In this document: positions 17,032 to 28,891 of the stretch, in pieces
Layout: each line of letters begins with the position of its first letter
How positions within the stretch are numbered: position 1 is the first letter of the stretch
DNA from: an uncultured SAR86 cluster bacterium
Lineage (GTDB): Bacteria > Pseudomonadota > Gammaproteobacteria > Magnimaribacterales > D2472
Length of the DNA: 64,000 nt
Direction of reading: 5' to 3'
Assembly (NCBI GenBank): GCA_905181645.1
Contig: CAJIYN010000001.1
Location: 460,625 to 524,624 of the forward strand
Translations under genes and position numbers: made by a program
Notes under the pieces: model-generated
What the model saw: only the letters and a program-made list of their open reading frames with translations
The model's database searches: none
Told to the model about the DNA's origin: nothing

Positions 17032-17216
17032 GTAAAGAAAAAACATTAAAAATTAAACTTATTAAAAGTGGCATTGGCAGAATGAAGTCTCATAAACTTT
17101 GTATAAAAGGACTGGGCTTTAAAAAATTAAATCAAACCGTGACAATAGTTGATACACCAAGCAATAGAGGCATGGTAAATAAGATATCAGATATGGTTGA
17201 GGTAATGGAAAGTTAA
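17028..17216 (+). CDS. rpmD: 50S ribosomal protein L30
   Basis: Intact 62-aa ORF in the expected position, L30-like ([15 protein letters not shown]...[18 protein letters not shown]). Confidence 0.93.
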   Translation: MSKEKTLKIKLIKSGIGRMKSHKLCIKGLGFKKLNQTVTIVDTPSNRGMVNKISDMVEVMES

Positions 17217-17218
17217 AA

Positions 17219-17723
17219 ATGACTGAAGAAATTACAAATAATTTAGCCCTCAATACTTTATCTAACCCTGGAACTGTTCAGAATAGAAAAAGAGTGGGAA
17301 GAGGTATTGGTTCTGGAACTGGTAAAACAGCAGGAAGAGGGCATAAGGGTCAAAAATCAAGATCTGGTGGATCAGTTAAATTAGGTTTTGAGGGTGGACA
17401 AATGCCCCTTCAACAAAGAGTTCCAAAATTTGGATTCTCGTCTAGAACTAATAATTTATTAAAAGATGTGAATGTGAAGTTATTAGAAGGAATGACTGAA
17501 GTTTCCCTTGTAACTCTTAAAGCAAATAAAGTTATAAGTAAAAAAATTGCTGATATCAAAATATTTGGAAATACAGAACTATCTTCAAAAGTAGTAACTT
17601 GCTCACTCTTAAATTACCAAGGGTGCAAAAGCTTCTATAGAGAAAGCAGGCGGAACTGTTGCTGATTTTGTAGAGCCAGTTGCTAGACCTAAATTTGTTA
17701 AAAAAGTAAAGGCTGCGGAATAA
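17219..17723 (+). CDS. rplO: 50S ribosomal protein L15 (C-terminus shifted)
   Basis: ORF 17219-17665 ([29 protein letters not shown]). After a shift near 17600 the tail reads ...[35 protein letters not shown], ending at TAA 17721-17723. Confidence 0.92.
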
Positions 17724-17726
17724 TAA

Positions 17727-19021
17727 ATGAGCGATAAAGGTACAGGAATGAGCGATCTTTGGAGAAGATTACGATTTGTATTCGTAGCTATTCTTGTATA
17801 TCGCCTTGGTACGCATATTCCTATTCCAGGTATTGATCCTGATCGATTATCTTCCTTGTTTGAACAAAATCAAGGAACATTGTTAGATATGTTTAACTTG
17901 TTTTCTGGTGGGGCTCTGGAGAGGATGAGTATTTTTGCACTTAATGTGGTGCCTTATATATCTTCTGCAATTATTATGCAGTTATTCTCAAATTCTATTC
18001 CTTATCTGCAGGAATTAAAAAAAGACGGTCCAGGCTGGAAGAAATCAAATTACTCAGTACACAAGATATGGAACAGTTGTATTAGCTTTTATTCAAGCCT
18101 CAGCTTTAGCTGTAACACTAAGTGGAAGTGGTCTTGCTTATACTCCTGGAGCAGCTTTCTTTGCTTCTGCAGTATTTTCAGTAGTAGCTGGAACAGTATT
18201 CTTAATGTGGCTAGGAGAGCAAATTTCACAAAGAGGAATAGGTAATGGAATCTCTCTTATTATTGCCACAAGTATTCTAACTGGTATACCGGGTGCAATT
18301 GGGCAAGCTTTAGAGCAATCTAGACAAGGCGATTTAACATACTTCTATTACTGGGAATTGGTGTATTGGCAATGGTTGTTATAGCAATTGTTGTATTTAT
18401 TGAGCGTGGTCAAAGACGAATCACTGTTAATTATGCGCAAAGACAGCAGGGCAGAAAGTTAATGCAAGCCCAAGCAAGTCATCTTCCATTTAAAGTTAAT
18501 ATGGCTGGAGTTATTCCTGCAATTTTTGCAAGCACCTTCTTATTATTTCCTGCATCTCTTTCAACTTGGTTTGGGCAGGCTGAGGCACTAATTTTTTACA
18601 GACAGCATCTCTAGCGCTTACACCAGGTCAGCCCTTGTACATATTAGTTTTTTCAACTTTAATTATTTCATTCTGTTTTATTTGGTTAGCACTAACCTTC
18701 AATACTAGAGAGGTTTCAGATAACCTTAAAAAATCAGGAGCCTACATAGCAGGCATAAGGCCTGGTGAACAAACTGCTCAATATATTGATAGCGTTCTAG
18801 CGCGTTTAACAGTATTTGGAGCCATATATTTAACCTTAATTTGTTTGCTACCCCTAGCATTAATAAATTTTGCAGGTGTTTCGTTTTATTTTGGAGGAAC
18901 TTCTGTACTAATTATTGTTGTTGTTTTAATGGATTTTATTGCTCAAGTTCAATCACATATGATGTCGAGTCAATATTCATCCTTAATGAAAAAAGCTAAT
19001 TTAAAAAACTATAAAAGATAA
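17727..19021 (+). CDS. secY: Preprotein translocase subunit SecY (about four frame breaks)
   Basis: ORFs 17727-18245, 18366-18614 and 18635-19021 plus unlisted pieces tile SecY (IPIPGID; [32 protein letters not shown]; [21 protein letters not shown] in a shifted frame; [13 protein letters not shown]; [15 protein letters not shown]). Confidence 0.94.
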
Positions 19022-19022
19022 T

Positions 19023-19139
19023 ATGAAAGTAAGAGCATCTGTAAAGAAAATATGTAGAAACTGCAAAACAGTTAGACGCAATGGCGTTTTATTTGTTATT
19101 TGTAAAACTGACCCTAAACACAAACAAAGGCAAGGATAG
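19023..19139 (+). CDS. rpmJ: 50S ribosomal protein L36
   Basis: Hand translation gives [38 protein letters not shown] (38 aa). Below the ORF-track size cut-off. Confidence 0.93.
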   Translation: MKVRASVKKICRNCKTVRRNGVLFVICKTDPKHKQRQG

Positions 19140-19142
19140 ATT

Positions 19143-19492
19143 ATGGCAAGAATCGCGGGTGTAAATATCCCAGAAAACAAACATGTTGAGATATCACTAA
19201 CTCACATTTTTGGAATTGGAAGACAAACAGCTCAAGATATATGTATTAGTCTAAAAATAGACTATACAAGAAGAGTTTCTGACTTAACAGAAGATGAAGT
19301 TGAAAAAATTGGATGCTAACTTTAAGGTAGAAGGTGATCTTAGAAGAGATTATTCTTTAACTATTAAGAGATTAATGGATATTGGGTAGCTACAGAGGAA
19401 TTAGACATAGAAGAAAGCTTCCTACAAGAGGACAAAGAACTAAAACCAATGCAAGAACACGCAAAGGTGCAAAAAAACCAATGAGAGGTTAA
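19143..19492 (+). CDS. rpsM: 30S ribosomal protein S13 (two frame breaks)
   Basis: [31 protein letters not shown]..., then [23 protein letters not shown], then [33 protein letters not shown], in three frames (shifts near 19305 and 19387). Confidence 0.93.
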
Positions 19493-19496
19493 TTGA

Positions 19497-19874
19497 ATGG
19501 CAGTAAAAGGTAAAAAATCAAAAAAAGTTGTAACTGAAGGTGTCGCACATATTCAGTCATCTTTTAACAATACTATTGTTACTATCACAGATAAGCAGGG
19601 CAACACAGTTTGCTGGGCCACTTCTGGCGGATCTGGCTTTAAGGGATCAAGAAAAAGTACCCCTTTTGCAGCTCAGATAGCTGCAGAAAAAGCAGGTAGT
19701 GCAGCTAAAGAATTTGGAATGATTAATTTAGATGTAAAAGTAAAAGGGCCAGGTGGAGGAAGAGAATCTGCAATAAGATCTCTTAACGCATGTGGATTAA
19801 AAATAAAGAGCATAACTGATGTTACACCTCTTCCTCATAATGGATGTAGACCATCCAAAAAGAGAAGGGTTTAA
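19497..19874 (+). CDS. rpsK: 30S ribosomal protein S11
   Basis: Intact 125-aa ORF (...[22 protein letters not shown]...[16 protein letters not shown]). Confidence 0.97.
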   Translation: MAVKGKKSKKVVTEGVAHIQSSFNNTIVTITDKQGNTVCWATSGGSGFKGSRKSTPFAAQIAAEKAGSAAKEFGMINLDVKVKGPGGGRESAIRSLNACGLKIKSITDVTPLPHNGCRPSKKRRV

Positions 19875-19884
19875 GGAGATTTAA

Positions 19885-20509
19885 ATGGCAAGATATAGAG
19901 GACCATCTTTAAGATTATCAAGAAGAGAGGGAACAGACCTTTTCTTAAAAAGTGGCGTAAGAGCTATTGAATCAAAGTGTAATATGGAATCACCTCCAGG
20001 TGCAGCTCAGGGTGCAAGAAGAGGAAGGTTATCTGATTATGGACTACAGTTAAGAGAGAAACAGAAAGTTAGAAGAATGTACGGTGTTTTAGAGAAGCAG
20101 TTTAGAAATTATTATAAGAAAGCAGCAGCTACTAAAGGAAATACAGGCGAGAATTTATTATCTTTACTAGAACAAAGATTAGATAATGTTGTATATAGAC
20201 TAGGTTTTGGTTTCAACAAGAGCTGAAGCAAGACAAATGGTTTCTCATAAAGCATTTACAGTAAATGGTACTACGGTAAATATTCCATCCTACCAAGTTC
20301 AAGCAGGCGATGAAATTGCTGTTAGAGAATCTAAAAAAGGCCATTTAAGAATTCAAGCTGCACTTAAGCTTGCAGCATCCAGAGAAGTCTGTGACTGGGT
20401 TGAAGTTGATGACAAGAATTTAAAGGGTGTATTTAGAAATGTTCCAGATAGAACAGAGCTAAGTACAGAAATTAATGAAAATTTAATTGTTGAGCTTTAC
20501 TCTAAATAA
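19885..20509 (+). CDS. rpsD: 30S ribosomal protein S4 (one frame break)
   Basis: ORFs 19885-20226 and 20207-20509 ([16 protein letters not shown]...; [17 protein letters not shown]...). The shift is at the T-run near 20210. Confidence 0.94.
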
Positions 20510-20541
20510 CAATATTTTTTAAAAAAGAAAAGAGGGAAATT

Positions 20542-21506
20542 ATGCAAACATCAGTAATCGACTTATTAGTCCCATCAGATATTCAAGTAGATGATGAAGG
20601 AATAAATGTATCCAAGGTAACTCTTGAGCCGCTAGAAAGAGGCTTTGGTCATACTCTAGGCAATGCCCTAAGAAGAATTTTATTATCATCAATGCCAGGA
20701 GCAGCTGTTACAGATGCTACTATCGAAGGCGTTGCTCATGAATACAGTACTATAGAAGGTGTAAGAGAGGATGTTATTGATATTCTCCTAAACCTAAAAG
20801 ATCTTCCAGTTAAAATAATTGAAGGAACATCAGCAACATTAGTTCTTGATATAGCAGGACCTTGTGAAGTATCAGCTTCATCTTTTGAAGTTCCAGGCAA
20901 TGTTGAGCTTGTTGATGGAGATCATCATATAGCAACTATTGTTGATAAATTAACCTTAAGATGATACTTACAGTTCAAACTGGAAGAGGATATGAACCAG
21001 CTGATTTAAGAGATGATGAAAATAGAGTGGTTGGAGCTTTAAAAGTAGATGCTTCCTATAGCCCTGTAAGAAGAGTTTCTTATACAGTTGATAATGCTAG
21101 GTTTGAAAAAAGAACAGACCTTGATAAATTAGTTATTGAGCTTGAAACTGATGGTACTTTAGATCCAAAAATGGCTATTGAGCATTCAGCTACTATCCTT
21201 CAACAACAACTTAGTTCTTTTGTCGATTTAGATGCTATTGCTGAACAAGAAGCTAAGAAAGATCAAAATGACTTTGATCCTTTCCTTTTAAGATCAATTG
21301 AAGAGCTAGAATTAACAGTTAGATCAACTAACTGTCTAAAAGCTGAAAGCATTTTCCTTATTGGAGATTTAATACATAGATCTGAATTTGATCTATTAAA
21401 AACTCCAAATCTTGGAAAGAAATCATTAAATGAAATCAAAGATGTTCTTGCATCTAAAGGCTTATCACTAGGAATGGTGGTAGAGAACTGGCCTCCATTA
21501 GGTTAA
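20542..21506 (+). CDS. rpoA: DNA-directed RNA polymerase alpha subunit (one frame break)
   Basis: ORFs 20542-20964 and 20961-21506 ([26 protein letters not shown]; [15 protein letters not shown]...[28 protein letters not shown]). The shift is in the A-run near 20945. Confidence 0.95.
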
Positions 21507-21512
21507 TTAAAT

Positions 21513-21923
21513 ATGCGACATAGAAAAGCAGGTAGAAAATTAAATAGAAACTCTTCTCATAGAAAGGCTTTGCTTAAAAATCTTTCTATTGCATTGATTG
21601 AAAGAGAAATTATCAGAACAACTCTTGCCAAGGCAAAAGAGTTAAGAATGACAATTGAGCCACTTATAACTATTGGTAAAAAAGATACAGTTGCGAATAG
21701 AAGATTAGCTTTTAGTAGATTGAGATCAGATGCTGCTGTTGGTAAGCTTTTTACCTCTGAAGTTTCTGTGAATGCTAAAGATAGAAAGGGTGGGTATACA
21801 AGAATTATTAAGGCAGGATTTAGACCTGGTGATAAAGCTGATATGGCATATATGGAATTAGTTGATAGAAATATTAATCAAGAAGATTCAGCGCCTGAAT
21901 TAAAAGAAGATAACGCAGCTTAG
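21513..21923 (+). CDS. rplQ: 50S ribosomal protein L17
   Basis: Intact 136-aa ORF ([24 protein letters not shown]...), last gene of the alpha operon. Confidence 0.96.
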   Translation: MRHRKAGRKLNRNSSHRKALLKNLSIALIEREIIRTTLAKAKELRMTIEPLITIGKKDTVANRRLAFSRLRSDAAVGKLFTSEVSVNAKDRKGGYTRIIKAGFRPGDKADMAYMELVDRNINQEDSAPELKEDNAA

Positions 21924-24729
21924 TTATCAAGAATTTCTTTTAGGTACATACCTGTATAAGATTCTTTAACCTTTGATACATCTTCAGGAGTTCCCTCTGC
22001 AACAATTGAACCACCCTCACTTCCACCTTCTGGTCCAAGATCAATTATATAATCTGCTGTTTTAATAACATCCAGGTTGTGCTCAATGACTGCAATTGTA
22101 TTACCTTGTTTTTTAAGCCTATCTAATACTTTTAGCAATAATTCTATATCAGCAAAATGAAGTCCAGTAGTAGGCTCATCTAATACAAAAAGTGTTTTAC
22201 CTGTACTTCTTTTTGATAATTCCTTAGCAAGCTTAATACGTTGAGCTTCACCTCCTGAAAGCTTTGTTGCCCTAGACTTATATAACCCAAACCAACATCT
22301 TGAATAGTCTTTAATTTTTTATAATTGTTGGAATTGCATCAAAAAACTCTAAACCTTCCTCAACTGTCATATTTAAGACTTGGCTAATATTTTTATTTTT
22401 AAATTTAATATCAAAAGTTTGCTCATTATATCTCTGACCATTGCAGACATCACAAAGCACATATACATCTGCAAGAAAATGCATTTCTACCTTGGTAACC
22501 CCGTCTCCTTCGCAAGCTTCACATCTTCCACCCTTAACATTAAAACTAAAACGACCAGGAGTGTATCCTCGTGATTTAGCTTCAACTGACTCAGAGAAAA
22601 GATCTCTAAATAGGACCAAAAGCTCCAGTATAAGTTGCTGGATTTGATCTAGGGGTTCTGCCTATAGGCGATTGATCAATACTGATAACTTTGTCTAAGT
22701 AGTCTAAACCTTCTATTTTTTCACATTTAATTTCTTTTGTTAGCTTCGATTTATTTAACATAAATGAACTTAATGGAAGTAGAGTACCAGACACAAGCGA
22801 TGATTTTCCAGATCCTGAAACCCCGGTCACTGCAGTCATGCAACCGACTGGGAAAGAGGCCTTGCCATTCCAGATCGTCATTTTTTGTTATAGAAACAAA
22901 ATCTGATCCAGGTTTAGTCCGTTTTTTTGGAATAGTTATACCTTTTTTGCCAGATAAGTATTGTCCCGTTATAGATTTTTTATTATTTAATATATCTTCT
23001 ATAGTGCCAGATGCACATATCTCTCCTCCATGCTTTCCAGCACCAGGCCCAATATCAATTATATGATCTGCACTTCTAATAGCTTCTTCATCATGCTCAA
23101 CAACAATAACTGTATTACCAAGATTTTTAAGATGATTTAGCGTTTTTATCAGCTTAGAATTATCTCTTTGATGAAGGCCAATTGAGGGTTCATCAAGAAC
23201 ATAGGTAACCCCAACTAATCCAGATCCTATTTGACTAGCAAGCCTTATTCTTTGCGCTTCACCACCTGATAATGTTTCAGCGCTTCTTTCAAGAGTTAGA
23301 TAATTTAATCCAACATCAGATAAAAAAGATAATCTCTGAACTATCTCTTTTAAAACTCTTTCTGCAATTTTTGCTTTCGATCCAGTCAACTTCATATTTT
23401 TCATGAATGCTAATGCATCTGATATTCTTAGATTTGTTATTTCATAAATAGGGGTTTTATTGATAAAGACATTCCTTGATTCTTTATTTAATCTAGAGCC
23501 ATTGCATTCATCACAGGAACTCTTAGACATCAATTTAGCAAGATCATCTCTCATAAAATCTGAATCTGTTTCTTTAAATCTTCTTTCAGTATTAGGAATA
23601 ATTCCTTCAAACCTATGTCTTCTAACTATTTTGCTTCCACTTCTAAATCTATGAGAAAAATCAATTTGTTCTTTAGAACCCCTTGCACGAGCTTCTTTAA
23701 TTCTTCAGAGTAATCTTTCCATGGAGTATCAAGGCTAAATTCATAATGTTTTGCTAAGCATTTTAATTGATGATAATAAAATCTATTTCTTCTATTCCAT
23801 TTTTTAATAGCTCCATTGCTAATTGAAACATCCTCATCTGGTATTAACATTTTTTCATTAAAGTATTGAATAACGCCAAGACCATCACACCTTGTACATG
23901 CTCCAAAAGGATTATTAAATGAAAACATTCTTGGTTCTAATTCTGCGATGGCATATCCACATTGAGAACATGAAAAATTTGACGAGTGAAGTTGATCAAC
24001 TTTTGAAGAATCGATGGATTCAATCTTTACTAGACCATTTGCAAGCCTTAATGCATTCTCAATTGATTCTGAGAGCCTAATTCTATTTTCATCTGATGGT
24101 TTTAAGGCAATCCTATCAACTACCGCTGATATATCATGCTTCTTATTCTTTTCAAGATCAGGAAATTCTTCCATTGGATAAACAATTCCATCAACTTTCA
24201 CCCTTACATAGCCTTCTTTTCTAAGTTCTTCATAAATTCCAAGATGCTCGCCTTTTTTACCTCTTATCAAAGGTGCAAGTATCATAATTTTAGTATTCTC
24301 TTCCAAACGATAAACTTCATCGCAGATTTCTGAAATAGTTTTTGCTTTTAAATCATCTCCATGTTCAGGACATCTAGGTGAGCCAACTCTGGCAAAAAGT
24401 AGTCTCAAATAATCATAAATCTCAGTTATGGTTCCTACTGTAGAGCGAGGATTATGAGAGGTAGCTTTTTGTTCGATTGATATTGCAGGAGATAGTCCTT
24501 CAATATGATCAACATCTGGCTTTTCCATTAATGATAAGAACTGCCTTGCATATGCTGATAATGACTCAACATACCTTCTTTGCCCCTCTGCATAAAGAGT
24601 ATCAAAAGCTAAAGAAGACTTACCAGAACCTGAGAGCCCAGTAATAACAATAATTTTATTTCTAGGAATCTCAAGACTTATGTTCTTAAGATTATGTGTT
24701 CTTGCGCCTTTAATATAAATACTTTCCAT
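21920..24729 (-). CDS. uvrA: Excinuclease ABC subunit A (at least five frame breaks)
   Basis: Minus-strand ORFs 21920-22138, 22311-22619, 22606-22881, 22751-23554 and 23626-24729 tile about 936 aa. Two ABC modules are present ([23 protein letters not shown]; [12 protein letters not shown]; [12 protein letters not shown]), plus Cys clusters. Its 3' end overlaps the rplQ stop. Confidence 0.94.
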
Positions 24730-24799
24730 AAGTAATAAAATACCGGTGATGATTAAATAAATTTAGGTTAAACTTTACTGATTATTATAAGAGGTAATT

Positions 24800-25237
24800 A
24801 TGAGCAATGGCGTAAATAAAGTGATATTGATAGGTAATCTTGGTCAAAAACCTGAAATGCGATACACAGCAACTAATTCAGCTGTAGCGAATCTTTCAAT
24901 AGCTACAACAGAATCATGGAAAGACAGAGAATCTGGTGAAATGAGAGATAAAACAGAGTGGCATAAAGTTGTTTTTTTTGGCAAGCCAGCTGAAACAATT
25001 GAAAAATATCTAGATAAAGGTTCTAAAATTTATGTAGAGGGAAAACTTCAAACAAGAAAATGGCAGGATAAAGATGGTAATGACAGATGGACAACTGAAA
25101 TTGTTGGTAATCAGTTTAATTTCTTAGATTCTCGTCCAAGCCAAGGTGACTCTTCAATGGATCAATCCAACTCTAACTCTAGCTCATTATCACAAAGTGA
25201 TAGCACTGGAATTTCAGAAGAAGATATACCTTTTTAA
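24800..25237 (+). CDS. ssb: Single-stranded DNA-binding protein
   Basis: Intact 145-aa ORF with an OB-fold N-terminus ([19 protein letters not shown]...) and an acidic tail ending EEDIPF. Divergent from uvrA, as in E. coli. Confidence 0.95.
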   Translation: MSNGVNKVILIGNLGQKPEMRYTATNSAVANLSIATTESWKDRESGEMRDKTEWHKVVFFGKPAETIEKYLDKGSKIYVEGKLQTRKWQDKDGNDRWTTEIVGNQFNFLDSRPSQGDSSMDQSNSNSSSLSQSDSTGISEEDIPF

Positions 25238-25249
25238 AAAACTATCGTA

Positions 25250-26046
25250 GTGGAAAACTATAAGACAATTCATTTCAAAGAAGAGGATTCTATTGGTAAA
25301 TAAAAGCGTTAGATTAAAAAATGCAGTTAATGGTATTTATGGCGGTGCTGAAATGCTTGATGTTTTTAGTAAATATGCATTTGTAAGTGACGTTGTAATT
25401 ATTACAGGAGAGGGCAGGGCTTTTTGTGCTGGTGCAGATTTATCTGCAGGTGCAGAAACTTTTAATTCAGAGTTTGATACTTCTGCTGAATATGAAGCAG
25501 AATTTAGAAGAGACTCGGGAACGCTTTAACCAGACTGTGACTAACTGGGACACAGAAACCTATCTTGATTGCTTGCCATAAATAGCGAGTCTTCAGAAAA
25601 CCCCAGCTGCTGATATAAGAGTTGCTTCATCTTCGAGTAGATTTGGTTTTGTTTTTGCAAAAAGAGGCATTGTTCCGGATGCATGCTCGAGTTGGTTTTT
25701 ACCTAGAATTGTAGGAATATCAAAAGCATTAGAACTATGTTTTTCTGGAGAGCTTTTTAGTGCTAAAGATGCTTTAAAATTTGGACTTGTTAACTATTTA
25801 TTTGAGCCATCAGAATTACTAAATGAAACTAAGAAGATTGCCAAGAAACTCATTTCTAATACCGCACCAGTCTCTGTTGCATTAACCAGACATATGATTT
25901 GGGATATGTCTTCAGCACCTAGCCCAGAAGATGCACACATTATAGACAGTAAGGCTATTGATTCTAGAGGAGCATCTGAGGATGCAGCAGAAGGGGTAAT
26001 GTCTTTTCTGGAGAAACGTGAATTAAAAAAAAATAACATAGAATAG
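25250..26046 (+). CDS. Enoyl-CoA hydratase/isomerase (crotonase) family protein, multiply frame-broken, possibly with an internal deletion
   Basis: Pieces: VENYKTIHFKEEDSIGK; ...VVIITGEGRAFCAGADLS (ORF 25293-25529); ADIRVASSSSRFGFVFAKRGIVPDACSSWFLPRIVG...FSGELFSAKDALKFGLVN...FLEKRE (25607-26046). The oxyanion-hole region around 25530-25600 is disordered. Confidence 0.75.
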
Positions 26047-26077
26047 ATATCCTTTATATACCCCATCATCAAGACTT

Positions 26078-27175
26078 ATGAATGACTCAAAAAACGTGCT
26101 TTTTTCTGAATATAATCTCAATGGCTTAAAGCTAAAAAATAGAATTGTTATGGCGCCTATGACAAGGAGTTTTTCTCCAAAAGGAGTTCCGGCTGATTAC
26201 GCTCCAACCTACTATGCCAAGAGAGCTGCTGGAGGTGTTGGGACTAATAATAACTGAAGGAGTTGAGGTTAGTCATAAAGCTTCAAGCGCATACCCAAAT
26301 GTTCCAAGACTTGATAGTGAAAAAGCTAGAAATGCTTGGAAGAAGGTAGTAGAAGCAATTAAAAAACAAAATGGTTCAGTTGTAGCTCAATTATGGCATT
26401 GTGGCGGCTTTAGAAAAGCTGGAATGGGGCCGGATCCAGAAGTTCCAGGTCATACAGCCTCCGGACTTGTGTGGCCAAGTAAAGAGCTTGTTCTCCAACT
26501 TTCATGGACTTGTATAAGCCTCTTTCTTCAGGCAAGTATCCAATATACTGAACATGGTGCGGCTTTAAAGGTTCTCCATCTAAAAGAACTGATCCTGTAT
26601 CCGGCATGGTTATTTGATTGATAATTCTAATGAGGGTGGTTTTTCATATATGTACCTTAATAATCCCAATATCTGGAATAGTCGGTGACATAGCAACCAA
26701 TATAGTTAAAGCTTTTGTTGTATTTACTAAGTAATTTTATTGTTGGGCTGAGATTTTCACAATGGAAGCAGCAAGACTATGAAGCAAGATTAGCTTCAAC
26801 TCCTGAAGAGCTCAAAACAGTGCTTACTCCACCTGCAGAAGCTGGACTTGATTATCTTCATTCAAGCATGAGAAGATTTTGGGAAAGTGAATTTGATATT
26901 ATAAAACCTAAAAAAAATCGGAAAGGAAACTTACAGGACTTCCAACAATCAGTGTAGGCAGCGTCGGTCTTGATTCAGATTTTATAGATATGAGTGCTCC
27001 AGCATCACCAACAAATATAGATATGGCTATAAGAGATATATCAAATAAAAAATACGATATGGTCGCAGTTGGTAGAGCTCTTATATCAGACCCTGAATGG
27101 GTAATTAAGATGAAAGAGGGAAGACTGGAGGATGTTATTCCTTATACCAAAGAAGCCTTATTCAAACTTTACTAA
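26078..27175 (+). CDS. NADH:flavin oxidoreductase, Old Yellow Enzyme family (central part replaced, plus frame breaks)
   Basis: MNDSKNVLFSEYNLNGLKLKNRIVMAPMTRSF...AGGVGLIITEGVEVS...VAQLWHCGG at the 5' end. VGLRFSQWKQQDYEARLASTPEELK...AGLDYLHSSMRRFWESEF and ...DMVAVGRALISDPEWVIKMKEG at the 3' end. Confidence 0.8.
26472..26742 (-). other. ABC-transporter ATP-binding protein N-terminal fragment, antisense inside the OYE gene
   Basis: Minus-strand reading ...KTTLIRIINQITMPDTGSVLLDGEPLKPHHVQYIGYLPEERGLYKSMKVGEQALYLA (ORF 26410-26607 plus upstream). This is the post-Walker-A/Q-loop region typical of ABC ATPases. There is no complete gene. Confidence 0.7.
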
Positions 27176-28370
27176 CATTTACTGAGACTGGCGTTAGTTC
27201 CACCAAAACCAAAAGAGTTACTCATAACAGAAGAAATATTTTTTGATAACGTTTCTGTATTTATATGAATTCCATCCGCTTCATCCACAATGTTATCAAT
27301 ATTAATTGATGGAGCAATAAAACTATCTTGCATCATCATTATTGAATAAATTGCTTCTTGAGCCCCAGTTGCTCCAAGTAAATGGCCCGTCATAGATTTT
27401 GTAGAATTAATATTGATATTCTTTTTATGCCCTGTTAATTGCCTTAAGTTCTGCAATATCACCAACAGGCGTACTTGTTCCATGAGTATTAATATAATCT
27501 ACATTTTTTCCAACCATCTTTAATGCTTCTTGCATACATCTCACTGCCCCTTCACCAGAAGGAGCCACCATGTCATATCCATCTGAATTTGCAAAATAAC
27601 CTGTTAATTCTGCATATATTTTAGCACCTCTTTTTTTTGCGTGCTCGTACTCTTCGAGAACAAGAATACTCCCACCACCAGAAATAACAAAACCATCTCT
27701 GTTTTTATCAAATGGTCTTGAAGCACTTTTTGGTAAATCATTTTTAGATGAAGAAAGAGCTCCCATAGCATCAAACATAGATGATGATGTCCAATGTTCA
27801 TCCTCAGCACCACCTGCAATCACTATATCTTGTTTCCCGCTTTGGATAAGCTCTGCTGCATGACCAATACAATGAGCGCTTGTTGAACAAGCAGAGGAAA
27901 TTGAATAGTTCACACCTTTTAGCTTGAGAGTTGTCCCTAGGATTGCAGATACAGTACTACCCATTGTTTTAGTAACAGCATATGGCCCAATTCTTTTAGG
28001 ACTTTTATTGGTAGTAACGTCTTGTTCAGAACCAGACAATTTGAGATGATGCTCCGCCAGATCCAGCAACGATTCCTGTTTTTGGAGAATCTAAATCATC
28101 CTCATTTAAACCTGACATTGATATAGCTTCAAGAGCTGCTAGATATCCATAAGCTGCTGCATTACTCATAAATCTAAGAAGTTTTCTATCAATTAATTCT
28201 GAATAATCTAAATCGATAGAACCAGATATTTGACTTCTAAAGCCCATATCAGAATATGATTGATTTGAAGTTATCCCAGATTTACCTTCTTGAAGACTAC
28301 TAAGAACCTCATCATAGGTATTCCCTATACAAGATTTAATTCCAACACCAGTTACCACTACATTTTTCAT
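27172..28370 (-). CDS. fabB: 3-oxoacyl-ACP synthase I (frame-broken)
   Basis: ORFs 28026-28370, 27425-28069 and 27172-27483 tile KAS I ([12 protein letters not shown]; [15 protein letters not shown]; [11 protein letters not shown]; [19 protein letters not shown]; [13 protein letters not shown]). It lies directly downstream of fabA. The 1199-nt span is not a multiple of 3. Confidence 0.9.
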
Positions 28371-28891
28371 TAGAAATTACCCGGATCTTTAAATAAGCCT
28401 ACTTTAAGTTTTTCAGCATTATAAATTTCTTTATCATCTACAAACATTTTACCATTAGCAACACCAAGAACTGCTCCACGATTAATTACTTTCTTAATAT
28501 CTATTTCATATCTGACTATTTTTGCAGAAGGAAGCACTTGCCCAGAGAATTTAATTTTTTCTGCGCCTAAAGCTCTTCCAATACCCGGAAGTCCTGACCA
28601 TAAAAGATAAAAGCCTAAAAGTTGCCACATAGCATCAAGCCCTAAGCAGCCAGGCATTACTGGATCTTTTTTGAAATGGCAATCAAAAAACCATAACTCA
28701 GGATTAATATTTAAAACTGCAGTGATACTTCCTTTTTGAAATTCACCACTAAAATTATCAATATTAGAAATTTCATCAAACATCAGCATTTGATCTGCTG
28801 GCAATCTTCCATCTCCCTCATTGGTAAAGAGATTTCCTTTAGAACATTCAATTAATTCTTCTTTTGAGTATTTACTTTGAGGTTTAAACAT
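28370..28891 (-). CDS. fabA: 3-hydroxydecanoyl-ACP dehydratase/isomerase
   Basis: Intact 173-aa ORF (FFDCHFKKDPVMPGCLGLDAMWQLLGFYL). TAATG overlaps with both neighbours. Confidence 0.93.
   Translation of the reverse strand: MFKPQSKYSKEELIECSKGNLFTNEGDGRLPADQMLMFDEISNIDNFSGEFQKGSITAVLNINPELWFFDCHFKKDPVMPGCLGLDAMWQLLGFYLLWSGLPGIGRALGAEKIKFSGQVLPSAKIVRYEIDIKKVINRGAVLGVANGKMFVDDKEIYNAEKLKVGLFKDPGNF

Noticed and set aside
24730-24799. A LexA/SOS box in the divergent uvrA-ssb promoter region
   Set aside because: No CTGT-N8-ACAG-like palindrome is present. The nearest string (tactgattattataag) lacks the second half-site.
25794-26072. A 92-aa minus-strand ORF overlapping the first crotonase gene
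   Set aside because: It is antisense to a recognisable crotonase C-terminal domain and has no motif support.
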